A stretch of 63,988 nt of DNA, the filler included, from Hausera hauseri (lineage: Eukaryota), in NCBI GenBank assembly GCA_046269625.1. It is 11 parts of 11 records of this genome, joined end to end, with 100 filler letters (N's around TTAATTAATTAA, not from the genome) between each part and the next. Parts side by side here need not be neighbours in the genome. Positions count along the whole stretch, not along the records: positions 59,994 to 63,988 come from JBJURY010832414.1; 10 more parts are not named here. One strand, written 5' to 3'. The notes beneath the pieces were generated by a model. That model ran no database searches. It saw nothing but the letters and a program-made list of their open reading frames with translations, and was not told the DNA's origin. This document shows positions 59,994 through 63,988 of the stretch, piece after piece (the stretch's first letter is position 1; each line of letters begins with the position of its first letter). A program made the translations under genes and the position numbers.

Positions 59994-62900
59994 CTTATCG
60001 CAGTCGTAAACAGTGACAGCACCTATGTGCTTTATTAGCATCATTAAGGTAAGTAAGCTGATTAACCAATTGGGTTCATTTTTCCGGTGGGTATTATCCG
60101 TCGTCGTTAAGTTATGTAACATATCTTGGAGCCTATTGCTATTTCCTGATTGTTTGTCTTCTTCCTTATCTAATAATCTCGACCAATTAATTTCTCAGGG
60201 TAATTTTCTTGCCACTCTTTGTGCTAAGCTTGTAGCTCTATTAATTTCATTTTTCTGATTAGGGTTTATTTTGATAGCTAAGTACAATAATACCTTAATT
60301 CTTCAATAGTATTTTCCACCATGATATTTTCGATTACCGATTCATCGGTTAAGTTATTTTTTGATAATTTAAAACGTGAACTTCTCATCATCCTATCTGC
60401 ATTGAATATGGCTTTTTCTTTATTATCTAATATATCGCTTGCGAGGCTTGAATAATTCACAATACGTATTAAATTATTTATTAATTCGTTTAATTCTTCG
60501 TCGTCTGTACTGAAAATAGGAATCGACATCTGCCTCAGTTCTCTAATCAATTCTCCATTATAGTCAGTTTCTTCTTGTGTCTTCGTAGGTCTACCTACTG
60601 GGTCTTTCTGTTTTGGGGCATTGGTTATTGTTTCACTTAGTGGCACTAAATTCTTATCATATTGTTTCCTATCTTCACCGGTTTGTAAGTACTCGAAATA
60701 CATTGCAGCATCTCGGACTCCCATGATTTGTCCTACGCATTGTTCTGCCTTTGCCTTACGCGTAGCTTCTTCTTTAGTCTGTTCATCAGCTATTATTATT
60801 ATTATTCGATTTCTTTCGTCGGGGATAATCCCAACGTCTATTAACTGTTCAAAATCGTCTAGTATTCTACCTCTAAAATAGAATCTGTAGTTTAACTCGT
60901 TTGTTTCACCATTATATATTAACCATTTTCTTACGTCCCTTACATATGAATAAGTAGTTAATTCACATTCTTTTTCATCCATCCACTCGGATGATACCAT
61001 TACCTTTATCGTTACTTCAGTTTACCCCTCAAGATTTTAGCTTATTTCCTTATCAAAAGTTTCGTCAACGCGCTGTAAATTGTGTTCGCACTAGATAATT
61101 TAGTCAATGTCGGAATAAGTTGTCTTAAATTACTTTTAGTAATGTTTACGTTAATTAGTTCAATTAAATCCTTTTCAGTTAGCTCTGAATATAGGAGCAT
61201 CTCCACATTGAATCTCCTATTTTGCGGATACGTTTCTATTCCATTTAGCTGTACCGGAGTCACAGGATTCTCGGTTGTTAATGCATCTAAGTACGCATAC
61301 CATTCCGGTTCATTTTCAAAATCTGGAAGTCCATAGTCTACAAGTGCTGTATTCGCCCTTTGTACATTCTCTCGAATTTCTTTCAACCTTGGCTGTATTA
61401 CGTTCATCTCTGTTGTCCAGAATCCTAATCCGTTTTCACAAGCATACTGAATCATTTTCAGTAATTCACCTCATTCATCAGAACTGATGGATCTCTTTTG
61501 GTGATAATTAGCTAGTTCAAGAATTACATCTCTTTGCCATCTTTGTACAAATTCGCGCTTATTTTTGATTTCAGATTTGATAAAAACATATTTGTTCCGG
61601 TAGATTTCCAGCTCTCTTACTAATTCGTCTAACCTCCGTGCTCTTTGTTTGATTCTAATGCACATTTCTTCGACTTCTCGTAGCTTGGGTATCAATTGCC
61701 TCATATTCTCATCATTAATCTTTTTCATTTCTACTAATAGGAAAGCTAACTCATACATTTCATTTATGACTTTTGAGTCGGGATCTATTGCATCGATCAA
61801 TTTCTTTACGAACATATATTCTTCAAAACTAAGATGTTGGTCATTTCTTACTTTGTCAACTCGGTATGGCAATTCTGATCTGTTCCTATCATCCATTTCC
61901 TGTTGTTTGTGCAAGAATCTTATTGCTTACTCTAAAGCTGCTCTATGTTCCGGATAGATATCTCAGGTTTCGATATCTTGGACTGAAATTCCGTTGATAA
62001 ATTTATCTGTTAGATGCTGAACTCCTTCTAGTCGGGCGTTTCTTAATCTTGGGTAAAAGTCGCATGTCGTATTTTGCTTTTCTGTAAAATTTGTTTCTTC
62101 GATCATTTTATAAATCTCTTTCAGTATCGTCGTTTCTTTCTGCTTATTCATAAAATTTAATCCTCGTAATGCTTCAAATTGCGTCGGAATGTCTATTTCG
62201 GCTTGTATTGTATCTAAGTTCCGTGCATTTTTTAATTGCTTTTTAACAGATGGTTTGCTTTCTAGAAATTCTTTCCTACGGTCTTCTACTAATTTACTTA
62301 GTCTCATTATTAATTTGGACCATTCCGACAATTGATTGGCGATTATTGGCTTTGACAATATAGTCTTGTCTAGTATCTTATATGCATCCGGTAGTTCGTC
62401 ATCTGGACCCTTTATGAAATTCATAATCTGGCCGACATAATCGAACTCATCCTTATATTTGTCATATTCTATGATACAAGCTTTTATTACGTATTTGGTT
62501 TCTTCATTATTTAGAAACATAATTTGGTTTCTCAAACTACAGATTGGTGTTCGTTTTTCATTTTCCATTTTGATACGATTCTCCAGGTTCGTATATTGTT
62601 TGGGTGCAGCGAAAGCGATTTTTATCGTTTCCATTAAAGGAGGAATGTCTACTTGGTCTATGCCCAATATTTCTAAATCGATAGCACTTTGAATTGCTAA
62701 CCGGTTTTTCTCTAAGCCGGTTAATCATTGCACAGCAAATTTCATACATCATACGTTCTAAATTTCGGACTACTCTTTTTAGTTTTGGGTTTGCTTCTAC
62801 GGTGGACATTAGGGTCTGAACTTTAGTGACCTTTACATCAACAATATCTTTATTCTTGCTACATCCTTCCGAAAATTCGACTCTATTTTTAATCCATGAT

Positions 62901-63988
62901 TCTAATTCACACTTCCTTTTCAGCAATGTTTTACGCGGTACTTCTTAGGTTTGTCCTAAGTCGATTGCTTTGTCGAGCTTTTCTTTACTACATAATTTTA
63001 AACTTTTACATAGCCTCTCAACAAACTGTTGCACTTTACCGGATATATCTACTTGTTTGCTAATCTGTTTAACCCTTTCCAAATTTCGTTATAATGTTCT
63101 GGATCGTGACATCTAATTCTTATTCTTTTCAATTCATCGTCATTTTTCCACTAACGTCGAACTTTCCATTTTCTCGGATCAAGGTCATCAATATTTCCTG
63201 TTTCTTCCTCACTAGTGAGAAGTTGAAAAATCTCGTTAATTTCATTGATCGACTCTGAAGATACTTTTACCTCGATGGGCATAAATGGACCACTTTTTGC
63301 TGTATTTAAGCTAGGCTCTATGTGGCTCTCTACAGTGATGTCGGTATTTCTTGTTTCTTCTATTTTCTCTGTAGTTACTTGCGAACGCGAACGACTTCTA
63401 CGTTTCGTTTTCAGTGAAGGACTACAGCCTCTGTGTTTCGTAATTTTAAGTATTAATGGCTCCATGAATTATTTTTTAGCAATATCCTCTTCAGTAGTCT
63501 TATTTACCTTTTCAACCGTGAACTCAGGTTCTGCATCTAAGTCGACTTCTGTCGAAATGCCTGGTTATATACTGTTTTATTAATTGTCGGAATACATTTT
63601 TTCCGTGTCATCTTAATTCGCTTAGGTGCGATTGCATACTCGTATTCAGTTTCTGGTTTTGCTAAATCATGATACACTTCTAACAGTCTTAGCTTCTCTC
63701 CGTACACTTTTCTGGCCGTCAAAATCTGTAGATTAGTAGTTTCGGGTTGAGCATCTAGAAATTTTCTCAAATCCTGTATGTCGATAATAGTACCTATGTC
63801 TCCGCGAACACCATATTTCGCTACTAAGTTCTCATTGACTTTAATCGTACTAGTCTTATTAGGTTCCGTAAATGAAATGCTCCGTGGGTTTGGACATGAC
63901 CGTACAATGTGTCCTTCGTTACCGCACGTAAAACAAACTAGATTTCCATTTCTGCCAACTCTTTGTAGACCGTCTTTGTTCACCGGTG
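59994..63988 (-). mobile_element. Gypsy-Gag element family B copy 2 (knuckle, helical region, ubiquitin-like domain, signal peptide and glycoprotein start)
   Basis: CFTCGNEGHIVRSC, colinear with 6192-9472, UBL at 60790-61009, and WLISLLTLMMLIKHIGAVTVYDCDK running into the gap. Confidence 0.85.

Noticed and set aside
1-63988. CRISPR arrays, rRNA or tRNA genes, prokaryotic operons
   Set aside because: None seen; the sequence is eukaryotic with spliceosomal introns.

Overview
AT-rich eukaryotic (metazoan-like, introns of 44-51 nt) sequence made of 11 contigs joined by artificial 100-bp N/TTAATTAATTAA/N linkers, so adjacency across gaps is unreliable. It is dominated by decayed mobile DNA: three Ty3/Gypsy copies (family A), a BEL/Pao remnant, piggyBac, hAT, several Tc1/mariner remnants and Polinton/adintovirus pieces (two pPolB genes, major and minor capsid, a RING gene). 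Host-type sequence comprises a 3'-truncated LTA4H-like M1 aminopeptidase, a GPCR pseudogene, an open KIND/DBF4/WDR35-like chimeric gene and a UBA1-RFC1 chimeric pseudogene. Best lead: three copies (4.2-9.5 kb, 30.9-35.1 kb, 60.0-64.0 kb) of a Gypsy-Gag element lineage ordered Gag - CCHC knuckle - helical region - ubiquitin-like domain - signal peptide - chuvirus-type glycoprotein, with no protease, RT or integrase in between. The glycoprotein is visible in two of the three copies. Independently, family A Gag appears to begin with a ubiquitin-like leader ending in IRIRGG directly before a Met. All domain calls are by-eye motif matches, not database results.
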